Virus record (IMG/VR): IMGVR_UViG_3300047994_000374
Coordinates: 186,001 to 250,000 of that record
Length of the DNA stretch: 64,000 nucleotides
Strand: one strand, 5' to 3'
The translations under genes and the position numbers were made by a program. A model generated the notes under the pieces. It saw only the letters and a list, made by a program, of their open reading frames with translations, ran no database searches and had not been told where the DNA came from. Below are positions 47,232 through 58,771 of this stretch, piece after piece (position 1 is the first letter of the stretch; every line of letters begins with the position of its first letter).

Positions 47232-48366
47232 TTTTACCTTTATAGTTTTCGATCATCTTTTCCAATGTAATGATTTGCTTATGAAAAGTAAAGTCCTGCG
47301 CAAAAGAAATTGTTTGTTTTGTGCAGTTATCCCTATATTCTTTATTTTTTAATCCTTTTACTACAAGTTCCGTAAATTCAGACATATATTTTGTGGTTGG
47401 CGTCTTCACTATATGGACTCCACTGTCTTTGTAAATTTGCCCTAAACTATCTTGCTCTGAAATTACGGTATAGCACTCTGCATACATATTTTCTAATATT
47501 GAGCTTGAAAATCCTTCGGTAAAAGTAGGTGTTGATGTCGGGTATGCTAATACTTCTGTTTTCAACATCGCTTTATACATGTCCAATTTACTTGTATTTT
47601 TATGATGATTAATATTTAAATCTTTCATTTTATTTAAGGCATATTTAATATATTCTGCCCTATTTTTAAATTCACGCATTATTAAAGAGCTATTTCTATC
47701 TACTGATTTCAAAGAACCATACCACTTGTCAAAATCGTAATAAATATTTAATGAGCTATATGGAATTTCTTTATTAATCTTTGGGAATTCTTGAAGCAAA
47801 AGATGAAGTCCTCGATCGGGTGAAGAACAATATAAAATACTTCCTGGTATTTTCTCATAATCGTAAAGTTCTTTTTTTGCCCGCTCAAATATTTCCTCAT
47901 CAATACAATTTGGCATTACTTTCCACTTGTTATGACTATGAGGTGTAAATTGTTTAATATATTCTTGATGACTTTCCGATGGGCTAATGAAAATATCTAC
48001 AAAATTTTCGAATCCGCTTTGACAATATCCAAAATCATTAAGTTGCTGAAAACAAATTTTTAATGCTTGTTTGGGTGAATAACGCATCATATCGGGTTCA
48101 TTAAAAGAAATTACGACATCGGGAGGCACTCTTCCTAAATATAAATCTTGAAGTTGATGAAGTCCAATATTTTCCCAATTTTTTAATGAGCGCTCTGAAA
48201 TATTTGTATATAATGAAACTTGATGAGCAGAATTTTTAGCAAGGTATTTTGCAACTCCAAAACATTGTCCCTCTGAACCTGTAAGACTTTGATTTGCATA
48301 TAAGTCGGTAAAATCAAATTTTTTAGAGCCAGATGAAAATGGGCCATAAATAATTTCTATTTTCAT
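47221..48366 (-). CDS. GT-B (GT4-like) glycosyltransferase
   Basis: GSE motif, YCSSPDRGLHLL, EGFSSSILE (ExF..E). Paralogous to the C-terminal domain of the adjacent 1141-aa gene. Confidence 0.8.
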   Translation of the reverse strand: MKIEIIYGPFSSGSKKFDFTDLYANQSLTGSEGQCFGVAKYLAKNSAHQVSLYTNISERSLKNWENIGLHQLQDLYLGRVPPDVVISFNEPDMMRYSPKQALKICFQQLNDFGYCQSGFENFVDIFISPSESHQEYIKQFTPHSHNKWKVMPNCIDEEIFERAKKELYDYEKIPGSILYCSSPDRGLHLLLQEFPKINKEIPYSSLNIYYDFDKWYGSLKSVDRNSSLIMREFKNRAEYIKYALNKMKDLNINHHKNTSKLDMYKAMLKTEVLAYPTSTPTFTEGFSSSILENMYAECYTVISEQDSLGQIYKDSGVHIVKTPTTKYMSEFTELVVKGLKNKEYRDNCTKQTISFAQDFTFHKQIITLEKMIENYKGKNGQ

Positions 48367-51300
48367 TCTCTATCCATAATTGGTTTATATGGTTTTAAAA
48401 AATAATTGTTTACAGATTTATTAAACATTTCATTCCACGACTTAGCAACATCATTCCAATTAAAATGTTCGCTTGCATATTTTATTAATTCTTCTCTGTC
48501 TTCACCTTTGGTATTTTTCATGGCGTGAATAATAGCTTTGGCGAAATTATTTTGATATTCTTCAGATAGCCAATCACCAGCAATCATATCTCCACGTAAC
48601 CCTACCGTTTCATTTAATGCGGCAATTGGAGATGTTACAATTTTTAATCCTGCCATCTGAGCTTCGATGGCGCCGATGCAAGATGTCTCAGTAAACCATG
48701 TAGAAAATGGCCACACTCCAGCTGATTTATAAGCCTTCGCTAATTGATGTTGATTCACTCTTCCATGATAATGAATTCCCATATGAGACATTGATTTTAT
48801 TTGATTTTCTAGATCTTCAATTAATTTTAGTTGTCCAGCATCAACGGTTGCTTTTTTCCAATAATCAAAACCATAATAAATGTGTAACTCGGCATCATTA
48901 ACGGCTTCTCTTACTTTTGGCCAAATTTTTAATAAAGATGGCAAATATCTATCTGGTGAACTGCTTATCACTGCTTTATGAGGATTTCTTTCTACATCAA
49001 CATTAAATCTTTCTAGATCAATTCCATTTTGTGTAATAATAATTTGATCTTCTTTTAAAAATTTATGATGATGCAGTATATTTTGTTTATGCCATTCAGT
49101 TAAAGCAAAAATTTTATACGCTTCATTTGCAAGTTCTTCAGTTAATCCTTTTGGAACAACATCATGAACCCATAAATATTTCGCTTTTGCTTTAATATTC
49201 AACTTGCTATTTAAAGCTTGAGCAAAACGAGATACAACTAAAATGTCACATTTAATATCGTGAAATTTAGCTGTTTTATAATATTCTACGCCCGAATAAA
49301 TTCCTTCTCCCCATTCTCCGCAAGAAGAATAAACGCGAACTTTATTTCCTAATGCTGCTAATCTTTTTGACATTTCAATTGCCGCTAATTCAGATCCACC
49401 AATACCATGAATGTCAACTGAATGAGGCGTCCAATTTTCAAGTCCGTCCCCAATAAAAAATACAATATCTTTTGATTGATCAGTAGTTGGTGGATTTGGC
49501 CAAGCTTCGACGCAAACATTACCTTGATCGGGAACGTCTGGATACCATTGAGGTACTGCTGTACAATCTTTTACCCACCAGCCTGCTTTTCTAAAATGTG
49601 CTGCCACGCTCCAAACGGAAGGCGCGACTAAGTGTCCTCTATTTTTATCAGCGAGCCAATGATTACCCTCATTTGCCCATAACCAAGGATGTGCATGTTC
49701 TGAAAACTGTCCTCTAAACCAGGCGCCATGAGGAGTGACCATCATCATTTTGCCGTCGTCTTTAACTAATTTCCGTGCGGGCGCTAATAAATCTTTTACA
49801 GGGTCGATTAAATGTTCATACACATCTCCACAAGTAATGTAATCAAATTTCTCGCCATTTAAAGTTTCAGGGGCGGCTTCGAAATAAGTCTGAATGTGTC
49901 TTGCCCCAGTATTAAATTCAATTGCTTTTTCATTTGCAATTTTAATCGAATTCGTGCAACAATCAACTCCGGTAACATTTTTCCAGCCCTTCATTCCCCA
50001 TCGATTCGTCATCTGTCCATCGATACAAGCCATATCGAGCAATTTTTTATTTTTATCTGGAATACGATCTGTGAGCCACACATATCTTGCATACGCTCCC
50101 CCCTGCAATTCCATCGTTAAGGGCGTCATATCTGTTTTTAACAAATCCCCATTATTATCAATAGTAGAGTTGCCCTTATCATAAGCCTCTTCATCGTTAA
50201 TCCAAGATGTAAATGCTCTTGTCTTCTTTAATAATGTTTCAGTTTCATTGGTATGTCTAACACGATAGGGCGCATTTTCCAATAAACTAATTGCTGATAA
50301 CACTTCATCATGCAACATATACTCTTTCCACATTGCAACCAATAATGTTTGCAACTGTGCGTCTGTCATTTTAAGTGGCAAATCATCATACACAAATGTC
50401 TCAGGAATGCCCCAAGCCTGTGAATGCGGCGTAACTTTAGCAGTTGGAAAGTCTGATGCTGTTACATTTTTTGGATAACCATTTGGACGATGATACTTTG
50501 GCCAATCATATTCAGACATAACTTCGCCTTCATTCATAGTAATAGTTGAATCAGTGTTTGTAATAAGACTAATAATTTGATTCTTTTTACTATCTGATAA
50601 TTGATTTAAGTTAATTAAATTTTCTAATCCTTCGACAACTTTAAATTTTGCTATTTCAGTTTCATAAATTCTTTTATTTAATAATAAAGCTTCGTCGTCT
50701 GGTGCAACTTTTAATGCTGTATCGACCATAGCCAAAGCTTCCGTAATATTACCGACACGATTTAATGCAAAGTTTAAATATCTATATATTTCTAAATCTC
50801 TTTCAGAATTATTAACAAAAAGAAGTGTGTTTGTCCGTGGTAAAGATAATCCAATTTTTCCATAATTAATACATTTGTTCCAATTATTATTTTCTTGCGC
50901 CCCACCTTTTTGAGCAATAAAATAATAAGCTTTGGAAAGTGAAAAGTAAGCCTCTGCCCAATTTTCTTTAATTCGAATCGCCTTAAAAGCTAATTCAATT
51001 ACTTCTTCATAATTACTTGTAAATATAGCATAATCAATTAATTTTAAAATTGCCATATACTTTTCATCATCCCAACCGCTTAATTCAAGATAACGATTTA
51101 AAAACTTTTTAGATGTTTCAAGATCTCCAACATTTCCATATTCAAGTCCTAAATAATACAAATGACGAGCATCACTTTCACCCATGTCTTCATACATTTT
51201 TTTAAGAATCCGAAGATTACGATTTTGTTCAATTGGTTTTTGAATTATATCTCGTTTGTGATCGAAAACTACATCATCCATTTGTTGAATGTAATTTCCC

Positions 51301-51788
51301 TTGCTACCATCTTTTGGAATTAATACTTCATGAACGCGATTAACCCATTTATAAACATGTTTATTATTTATTAAACGCTCTCGATAATGACGACATGTTA
51401 CATTTCCATGTTTATCTTTTGAATATAAATAAGGAAATGCAATACAAACGTCTCCTTGATGACTTTCAAATTTTTTAATAATAGCGTTTAATTTTTCAGC
51501 ATGTAAAATCTGGTCGTCTGAATCTGCCCAAAAAATCCACTTTTTTGTAGCTAAATCAAAGCTTCGTTGACGAGCTTTGGAAAAATCGGCTATTAAACCG
51601 TTTTCATCATTACATTCCGTATACACTTCAAAAATATCAGCATATTTTCGTGCAATATTTGGCGTGTCATCCGAGGATCCAGTATCTACTATAACCAATT
51701 CTTCTACATATGGGCGAATTGATTTGAGACACTCTTCTAAATATGGTTCATTTTTAACAATTATACAGCAACTTACTGGAGCTTTCAT
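48363..51788 (-). CDS. multidomain GT2 - TPR - SAM methyltransferase - GT4-like protein
   Basis: GT2 (SCCIIVKNE, IVDTGSSD, WADSDD, VHEVL). TPR-like helices (ARHLYYLGLEY.., WAEAYFSLSKAY). MTase (LLDMACIDG, VTGVD, DVYEHLIDP). GT-B (GIGGSE, SSSPDR, ETSCIGAIEAQMAG). Confidence 0.85.
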   Translation of the reverse strand: MKAPVSCCIIVKNEPYLEECLKSIRPYVEELVIVDTGSSDDTPNIARKYADIFEVYTECNDENGLIADFSKARQRSFDLATKKWIFWADSDDQILHAEKLNAIIKKFESHQGDVCIAFPYLYSKDKHGNVTCRHYRERLINNKHVYKWVNRVHEVLIPKDGSKGNYIQQMDDVVFDHKRDIIQKPIEQNRNLRILKKMYEDMGESDARHLYYLGLEYGNVGDLETSKKFLNRYLELSGWDDEKYMAILKLIDYAIFTSNYEEVIELAFKAIRIKENWAEAYFSLSKAYYFIAQKGGAQENNNWNKCINYGKIGLSLPRTNTLLFVNNSERDLEIYRYLNFALNRVGNITEALAMVDTALKVAPDDEALLLNKRIYETEIAKFKVVEGLENLINLNQLSDSKKNQIISLITNTDSTITMNEGEVMSEYDWPKYHRPNGYPKNVTASDFPTAKVTPHSQAWGIPETFVYDDLPLKMTDAQLQTLLVAMWKEYMLHDEVLSAISLLENAPYRVRHTNETETLLKKTRAFTSWINDEEAYDKGNSTIDNNGDLLKTDMTPLTMELQGGAYARYVWLTDRIPDKNKKLLDMACIDGQMTNRWGMKGWKNVTGVDCCTNSIKIANEKAIEFNTGARHIQTYFEAAPETLNGEKFDYITCGDVYEHLIDPVKDLLAPARKLVKDDGKMMMVTPHGAWFRGQFSEHAHPWLWANEGNHWLADKNRGHLVAPSVWSVAAHFRKAGWWVKDCTAVPQWYPDVPDQGNVCVEAWPNPPTTDQSKDIVFFIGDGLENWTPHSVDIHGIGGSELAAIEMSKRLAALGNKVRVYSSCGEWGEGIYSGVEYYKTAKFHDIKCDILVVSRFAQALNSKLNIKAKAKYLWVHDVVPKGLTEELANEAYKIFALTEWHKQNILHHHKFLKEDQIIITQNGIDLERFNVDVERNPHKAVISSSPDRYLPSLLKIWPKVREAVNDAELHIYYGFDYWKKATVDAGQLKLIEDLENQIKSMSHMGIHYHGRVNQHQLAKAYKSAGVWPFSTWFTETSCIGAIEAQMAGLKIVTSPIAALNETVGLRGDMIAGDWLSEEYQNNFAKAIIHAMKNTKGEDREELIKYASEHFNWNDVAKSWNEMFNKSVNNYFLKPYKPIMDRE

Positions 51789-51796
51789 TACCTTGC

Positions 51797-51804
51797 TATA
51801 TATC
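51797..51804 (-). promoter_or_regulatory. GATATATA upstream motif (putative late promoter)
   Basis: 8 nt upstream of the first gene of the glycosylation operon. Confidence 0.5.
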
Positions 51805-51822
51805 GAAGATTTTTATTTATTT

Positions 51823-52260
51823 TTAATAAAATGGCAAAAATCTGAAAGTTCCGTTAATTGTTACTTCAAGATATCCAGTGGGTAATGTTGGAAGAGCATC
51901 AGCTGATCCTGGAGGCGGAGCGGTTGGAACAATTCCATTCGGTGGTACAGTTAAATATAAACCACTATCATCACTGAATTGTGAATCTTTTATTACAAGA
52001 CTTACATCTCCATCAGCGGTTCCTAATGTCACTACTGCTCCGCTTATATTTGTAAAATTTCCACCTTGAAGAGTTAGTCCATTGTTTGCTATCACTCCAG
52101 GAGCGCTAATATTACCAGTACAACCTAAACTTGTTAAAGTTAAACCGGTAATTGTGGTTGGCGAATACTCTGATCCATCCCGCATTATAAATTGACCGCC
52201 TGCGGGGCGATTTGGTGAAACTGGAAAGCCTTGAATTGCTGATACAACTTTATTCCTTAT
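51823..52260 (-). CDS. small fibre-type protein; 5' end ambiguous
   Basis: The track ORF starts at 52185, but the frame is open and protein-like from at least 52260 (IRNKVVSAIQGFPVSPNRPAGGQFIM). Ends with the fibre-like GYLEVTINGTFRFLPFY. Confidence 0.55.
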   Translation of the reverse strand: MRNKVVSAIQGFPVSPNRPAGGQFIMRDGSEYSPTTITGLTLTSLGCTGNISAPGVIANNGLTLQGGNFTNISGAVVTLGTADGDVSLVIKDSQFSDDSGLYLTVPPNGIVPTAPPPGSADALPTLPTGYLEVTINGTFRFLPFY

Positions 52261-52350
52261 AAATCTGACATGCTTGCCTTAAAGTATTTAGTGAATAGCG
52301 AAAATTGCTATTGATACTTTAAATATATCGAGGTGATTTAGAAATTTTTA

Positions 52351-53811
52351 TTAAATCCAATAACTATCAAATGTTGCGGTCATTAGAAAGCTACCCGAGC
52401 CTGGTAATGCGGTTGCAACGTTCTTTGCGACGATGGCAACGAATTCGCCCGGATTAACGGCAATTGGTGAGTTAAAGGGCATATAAATACCTTCTTGGCT
52501 TCCTACAGTTGCTGCGGTCGCTGTGCTTGAGTACACTTCAATTCCAAGTGGTACTCGGCGAGGAGCTTTAGTTGTTGGATTAGTAGTGAAGCTTGTACCT
52601 TCTGCAGTTACCATTGAAACTGCTGTATGACCGAAAGCTAATGAATAAACATAAATTATTGGGTTAGTTGTTACCGCCACATAACATACAGACATAATTT
52701 TAACACCCGTTATCATTAAAATACGAGGTTTAATTGCTACAGTGGGAAGTGAATTTTGATAACTAAAAACAATACCATCAGTTCCTATTGGCGGGTTCGC
52801 TGCGGCGGAGATCAAAGCTTGTCCACCTAAACCGGTTACAAGCGCCCCTGTATTATTAAGAACGTTACCGGCGCCGATCGCTCCTACAGCATTAGGAAAG
52901 TTAGCCGATGAACCTTGCGTGGAGCCTGCAATGCCCTGTTGTCCGGTCAATCCTTCCGCACATTGTTGATGGGCGAATGGCATTGCAAGTTGCATTTCTA
53001 AATAAGTAAGATGACAATTTCCAACTTTTAATTGAGCGGGTGTTCCAACTACTACGCCACTATTTCTTTGTTGAAAACAAATTGGTAAACCACCAGATAA
53101 AAATGGCTCTGCATTTCCTGATGGAACTGTCATTATAGCATATAAAACGCCATCAATCCAAAACTCTACACCTCGGATTGTCATTTCTATTACAAATGCG
53201 CTAGCGCTCCCTACAGTATATGGAGTTCCAGTAAATTGTTGTGCAGTTTCGGCTCCATTATAGTTAAGAACGCCAAATACTCCGGCAGATGTTATTCTAT
53301 AATAAACTCCGTCGGCGGGTGCAGATGTATTTGTTGCTAAAAATAATCCAAACTCAATTATTTGGTTTGCAAGCATAGGTAAAGAAATAATACATGTTGC
53401 TTCAAATCTTTGCCCACCATGACCTTCAATTTCAAAAGTACGCCAAGTTTGTAAAGATACGCCCGTAGTTGTAGCAAGTGTGCTATTGGCATTTAATTGT
53501 AAAAAACCGCCAGATTGGGAGGCAGTCATTGTAGTAAATGAATATTTCCAAACGCCAGTATCTTGGGCAGTTGCATTGAATAAATAATCAAAAATACCAG
53601 TATCAATACCAACAAATAGACGTTCTCCGCGAGATGTATTTGGAGATCTTCTTAATGGAGTTCCCGTTACTGTTCCAGTATCTAACTCACTAACTGCGAC
53701 GGCATAACCAGCTTTTTCGATGTCAGTTGCAAGGTTAACTTTTAAATTATTCTCACTATCAACTTCTGCTACGTTACCTGAGGTATTTCCTTCAATTCTA
53801 AAACCTGCCAT
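52351..53811 (-). CDS. virion protein with putative concanavalin/LamG-like beta-sandwich
   Basis: 486 aa, beta-rich (GVYYRITSAGVFGVLNY..FVIEMTIRGVEFWIDG), located within the fibre gene cluster. Confidence 0.5.
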   Translation of the reverse strand: MAGFRIEGNTSGNVAEVDSENNLKVNLATDIEKAGYAVAVSELDTGTVTGTPLRRSPNTSRGERLFVGIDTGIFDYLFNATAQDTGVWKYSFTTMTASQSGGFLQLNANSTLATTTGVSLQTWRTFEIEGHGGQRFEATCIISLPMLANQIIEFGLFLATNTSAPADGVYYRITSAGVFGVLNYNGAETAQQFTGTPYTVGSASAFVIEMTIRGVEFWIDGVLYAIMTVPSGNAEPFLSGGLPICFQQRNSGVVVGTPAQLKVGNCHLTYLEMQLAMPFAHQQCAEGLTGQQGIAGSTQGSSANFPNAVGAIGAGNVLNNTGALVTGLGGQALISAAANPPIGTDGIVFSYQNSLPTVAIKPRILMITGVKIMSVCYVAVTTNPIIYVYSLAFGHTAVSMVTAEGTSFTTNPTTKAPRRVPLGIEVYSSTATAATVGSQEGIYMPFNSPIAVNPGEFVAIVAKNVATALPGSGSFLMTATFDSYWI

Positions 53812-53847
53812 ATTATTCCTCGCTTATTTAATACAAAAAAATTACTA

Positions 53848-54243
53848 TTAGTTCCATATCCAATTAACTAAAAATTGTCCCGTTAATCTTAATTGCGTTA
53901 CAGCTGTAATTGTAAAACCAACTCCTGGCACAATCGTATTACAATTAAAAATTACTCCAGTTGATACAAGGATATGTTCCGTAATATTATGATCTGCCGT
54001 ATGCCCATCCATCATAAAAGCCTGCACTAATGATGTCGATAAAATGCCAGTTTGACCCGTTACAATAGTTGTTACTACGTTTGTTCCTGGAGCAGATCCA
54101 AAACTTATTATGGCTGTACCTTTATTGCCAATGCCTGCCCCAGTTGCGCCTGTAGGTCCAATTGATCCTGTAACACCCTGAGGTCCAATTGCTCCAGTAA
54201 CTCCTTGTGGTCCAATATTACTTTTAGCTGATCCTTGACTCAT
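53848..54243 (-). CDS. short collagen-stalk fibre protein
   Basis: 131 aa with about 9 GXY triplets followed by a ~90-aa beta domain. Confidence 0.7.
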   Translation of the reverse strand: MSQGSAKSNIGPQGVTGAIGPQGVTGSIGPTGATGAGIGNKGTAIISFGSAPGTNVVTTIVTGQTGILSTSLVQAFMMDGHTADHNITEHILVSTGVIFNCNTIVPGVGFTITAVTQLRLTGQFLVNWIWN

Positions 54244-54244
54244 G

Positions 54245-54574
54245 TTATGTTAATTCCACTCCAAAAATAGAAAATGAAAGAGTACCTAAATCAGCATAAA
54301 CCCTTACAACATCTGTAGTAGCTAATGTTATACCAATTGTTGCAATGAAAGTGTCATTACCAGCTATTGGAAGATCATAATATAAATACTGGCTTGCTGT
54401 ATCTGCTGCACCTGCTGTTGCAACAGATATTCTAAATGCTGTGGTAGTGCCAGATTGATTGCAAACTACAATAGATGAAACCGTCGTTGAAGTAACTGAT
54501 GGTACGGTATATAAAGCAGTTAATGTTGCCGCGACTGGAAATGCTTGTCCCAGCACTTTGATTGAATCCGTCAT
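54245..54574 (-). CDS. 109-aa beta-sandwich protein adjacent to collagen (fibre tip/partner candidate)
   Basis: KVLGQAFP..LYTVP..IVVCNQ..YLYYD..ITLATTDVVRVYA..SFSIFGVE. Starts immediately after the collagen stop. Confidence 0.6.
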   Translation of the reverse strand: MTDSIKVLGQAFPVAATLTALYTVPSVTSTTVSSIVVCNQSGTTTAFRISVATAGAADTASQYLYYDLPIAGNDTFIATIGITLATTDVVRVYADLGTLSFSIFGVELT

Positions 54575-56068
54575 TTATGCTCCCATTAGTAAGAAAGTTC
54601 GTTCAAAAGAATTATTACTTGTTCCACCGCCAGCTGGTCCAGTTACACCTGGTGATCCTTGAATGCCTTGTGCTCCAGTTGTTCCTCGCGGACCTGTGGC
54701 GCCAGTAACACCAGGATTCCCTTGTGGACCGGTAAAACCAGTAAATCCTGTAACTCCAGGAATACCCTGTGAACCTTGTGCTCCTTGAGGTCCTGTTGCT
54801 CCTGTAATACCCTGAATGCCTGTTGCTCCTTGAATTCCAGCTGCGCCTTGAGGTCCTGTTACGCCTTGAATTCCTTGAGCACCAGTAGGTCCTGTAACCC
54901 CAGTTACACCTTGAATACCTTGAGGTCCAGTAGGTCCAGTTAGTCCAGTTACACCTTGAATACCCTGAATACCTTGAACACCAGTCACTCCTTGAGAGCC
55001 AGTTACACCTTGAATTCCTTGAGTGCCTTGAGGTCCGGTAGCACCTGTTAATCCTTGAATGCCAGTTGCTCCTTGAGGACCAATAGATCCAGTTACACCC
55101 TGTATTCCTTGATTCCCTTGAGCACCAGTGTTTCCCTGAATTCCCTGGGATCCTTGCGGACCTGTACTACCAGTAACTCCTTGTATTCCTTGAACACCTT
55201 GTGGTCCAGTTGAACCGGTAACTCCTTGTATTCCTTGAACACCTTGTGGTCCAATAGATCCTTGAGGTCCTATTGAACCTTGAGGTCCGGTAGGTCCTGT
55301 GGCTCCAGTTATGCCTTGTATACCTTGCGCTCCCTGAACCCCAGTGGCTCCTTGTGGTCCCGTTGCTCCTGTAATACCTTGAACTCCTTGTGGTCCTACC
55401 GATCCTGTTGGACCTTGAGCGCCAGTTGCGCCAACTGGACCTATTGCACCAGTTAAGCCAGTAATTCCTGGAGATCCTTGGATGCCTTGAATTCCAGCTC
55501 CAGTGACTCCGGGCGATCCTTGAATACCTTGTGATCCCGTTGGCCCAGTAGCGCCAGTAACTCCCTGTATACCTTGAATTCCTTGAATGCCTGTAAGTCC
55601 AATAGGTCCCTGTGGGCCAGTTGCTCCTGTTAAACCTGTAACTCCAGGTGAACCTTGATTGCCTTGTGGCCCAGTTGATCCAGTTACACCCTGAATACCT
55701 TGGGGTCCTTGAATTCCAGTAGCCCCCTGAATACCTTGAATGCCGGTAGCTCCTTGTGGTCCTGTTGCACCAGTTAAGCCTTGAATGCCAGTAGCTCCAA
55801 TTGGGCCCGTATATCCTGGACCAGTTGCACCTTGAGGTCCAGTTGCTCCAGTTAAACCCGGATTTCCTTGAGGACCTTGAACTCCTTGGGCGCCTTGAGG
55901 TCCAATAACTCCCTGAAGACCTTCAATACCTTGAGGTCCTTGAGGCCCTTGAATACCTTGAGGTCCAGTAGGTCCGCCCGGTGGTCCAATAGGTCCAGTA
56001 GCTCCTTGAGGTCCCGTAAAACCAGAAGTAGAGCCTTTAATTTGATCGGAATTTACGCGAGTTACCAT
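54575..56068 (-). CDS. collagen-like fibre protein
   Basis: 497 aa; ~465 residues of continuous Gly-X-Y (Y mostly Thr/Gln) with short terminal peptides, ending [10 protein letters not shown]. Confidence 0.9.
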   Translation of the reverse strand: MVTRVNSDQIKGSTSGFTGPQGATGPIGPPGGPTGPQGIQGPQGPQGIEGLQGVIGPQGAQGVQGPQGNPGLTGATGPQGATGPGYTGPIGATGIQGLTGATGPQGATGIQGIQGATGIQGPQGIQGVTGSTGPQGNQGSPGVTGLTGATGPQGPIGLTGIQGIQGIQGVTGATGPTGSQGIQGSPGVTGAGIQGIQGSPGITGLTGAIGPVGATGAQGPTGSVGPQGVQGITGATGPQGATGVQGAQGIQGITGATGPTGPQGSIGPQGSIGPQGVQGIQGVTGSTGPQGVQGIQGVTGSTGPQGSQGIQGNTGAQGNQGIQGVTGSIGPQGATGIQGLTGATGPQGTQGIQGVTGSQGVTGVQGIQGIQGVTGLTGPTGPQGIQGVTGVTGPTGAQGIQGVTGPQGAAGIQGATGIQGITGATGPQGAQGSQGIPGVTGFTGFTGPQGNPGVTGATGPRGTTGAQGIQGSPGVTGPAGGGTSNNSFERTFLLMGA

Positions 56069-56153
56069 TTAAATTATTTGTATTATACAATCGCATATAA
56101 TACTCTCTATATTAATACTATGATAGTGGTAAGTTTATTTTATAAATAAAAAA

Positions 56154-57883
<1,730 letters not shown>

Positions 57884-57884
<1 letters not shown>

Positions 57885-58771
57885 TATAAATAATAAATCA
57901 GGAATAACAAACCCGACCCTCCCGTTCCACCTGCGCCACCATTACCTGAGGTGCTACTTGAATTTCCACCGCCTCCGCCGCCGCCACCTCCTGCGCCAGT
58001 ATTTGCAAATGGAGATCCGCCACCTGTTCCTGCACTTGCAGTACCTCCGTTAGATCCATTTCCACCAGTGCCGCCATTACCGCCGACTCCAAAATCAGAT
58101 GAACCGCCTCCGCCACCTCCATCGCCACCTAAACCTGTGACAGTAGTTCCAGAAGCTGCGCCTGTAGAAATGCTTGAATTCATGGCGGAAGGAAACCCAT
58201 TTTGTCCAGAAATATTTGCACTCTGTAACCAAGTGTTTCCACCATTTCCACCAGATCCTAATGTTGGCCATAAGAGAATTCCTGGAGTTCCCTGTGTTCC
58301 AACACCATTATTTGCAATAGTTCTATTTGGATAGCCGCCAATGGCAAATCCACCACCCGACGCAAATGAAAGATTATCTTGACCTGGGCCACCACCGCCA
58401 CCACCTGCACCAGGAAAGACAACAGTAAACGACCCGTTAACAAATAATGTATCTCCACCCGATCCTCCACCACCACCAGTTGAGTTATTAGCAGAAGCAC
58501 CAGCCCCAGAAGTTCCTCCAGTACCAATTGTAATAGTATAAACAAGTCCAGGAGTAACAGAAACGGGTATTAATCTAGTAATTGCCCCTCCTCCACCAGA
58601 CCCTCCCCCGGCGCGTTGAGTAGTAGAAACAGTATTAGCCCCACGTCCTCCGCCACCACCACCGCCACCACCACCACAAGCTTTAAGATAAATACTTTTA
58701 ATACCCATAGGACAAGTCCAACTGCCAGATGTAAGATATGTAATAACTACAGTCATTGTATTATCCACCAA
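57884..58771 (-). CDS. glycine-rich protein, single module
   Basis: Same module as the downstream gene ([30 protein letters not shown]...GLLFLIYYL). The start may be the second Met, 58756. Confidence 0.85.

Noticed and set aside
768-51885. The many 60-140 aa track ORFs nested in or antisense to large genes
   Set aside because: Fully overlapped by well-supported CDSs, with no recognisable motifs.
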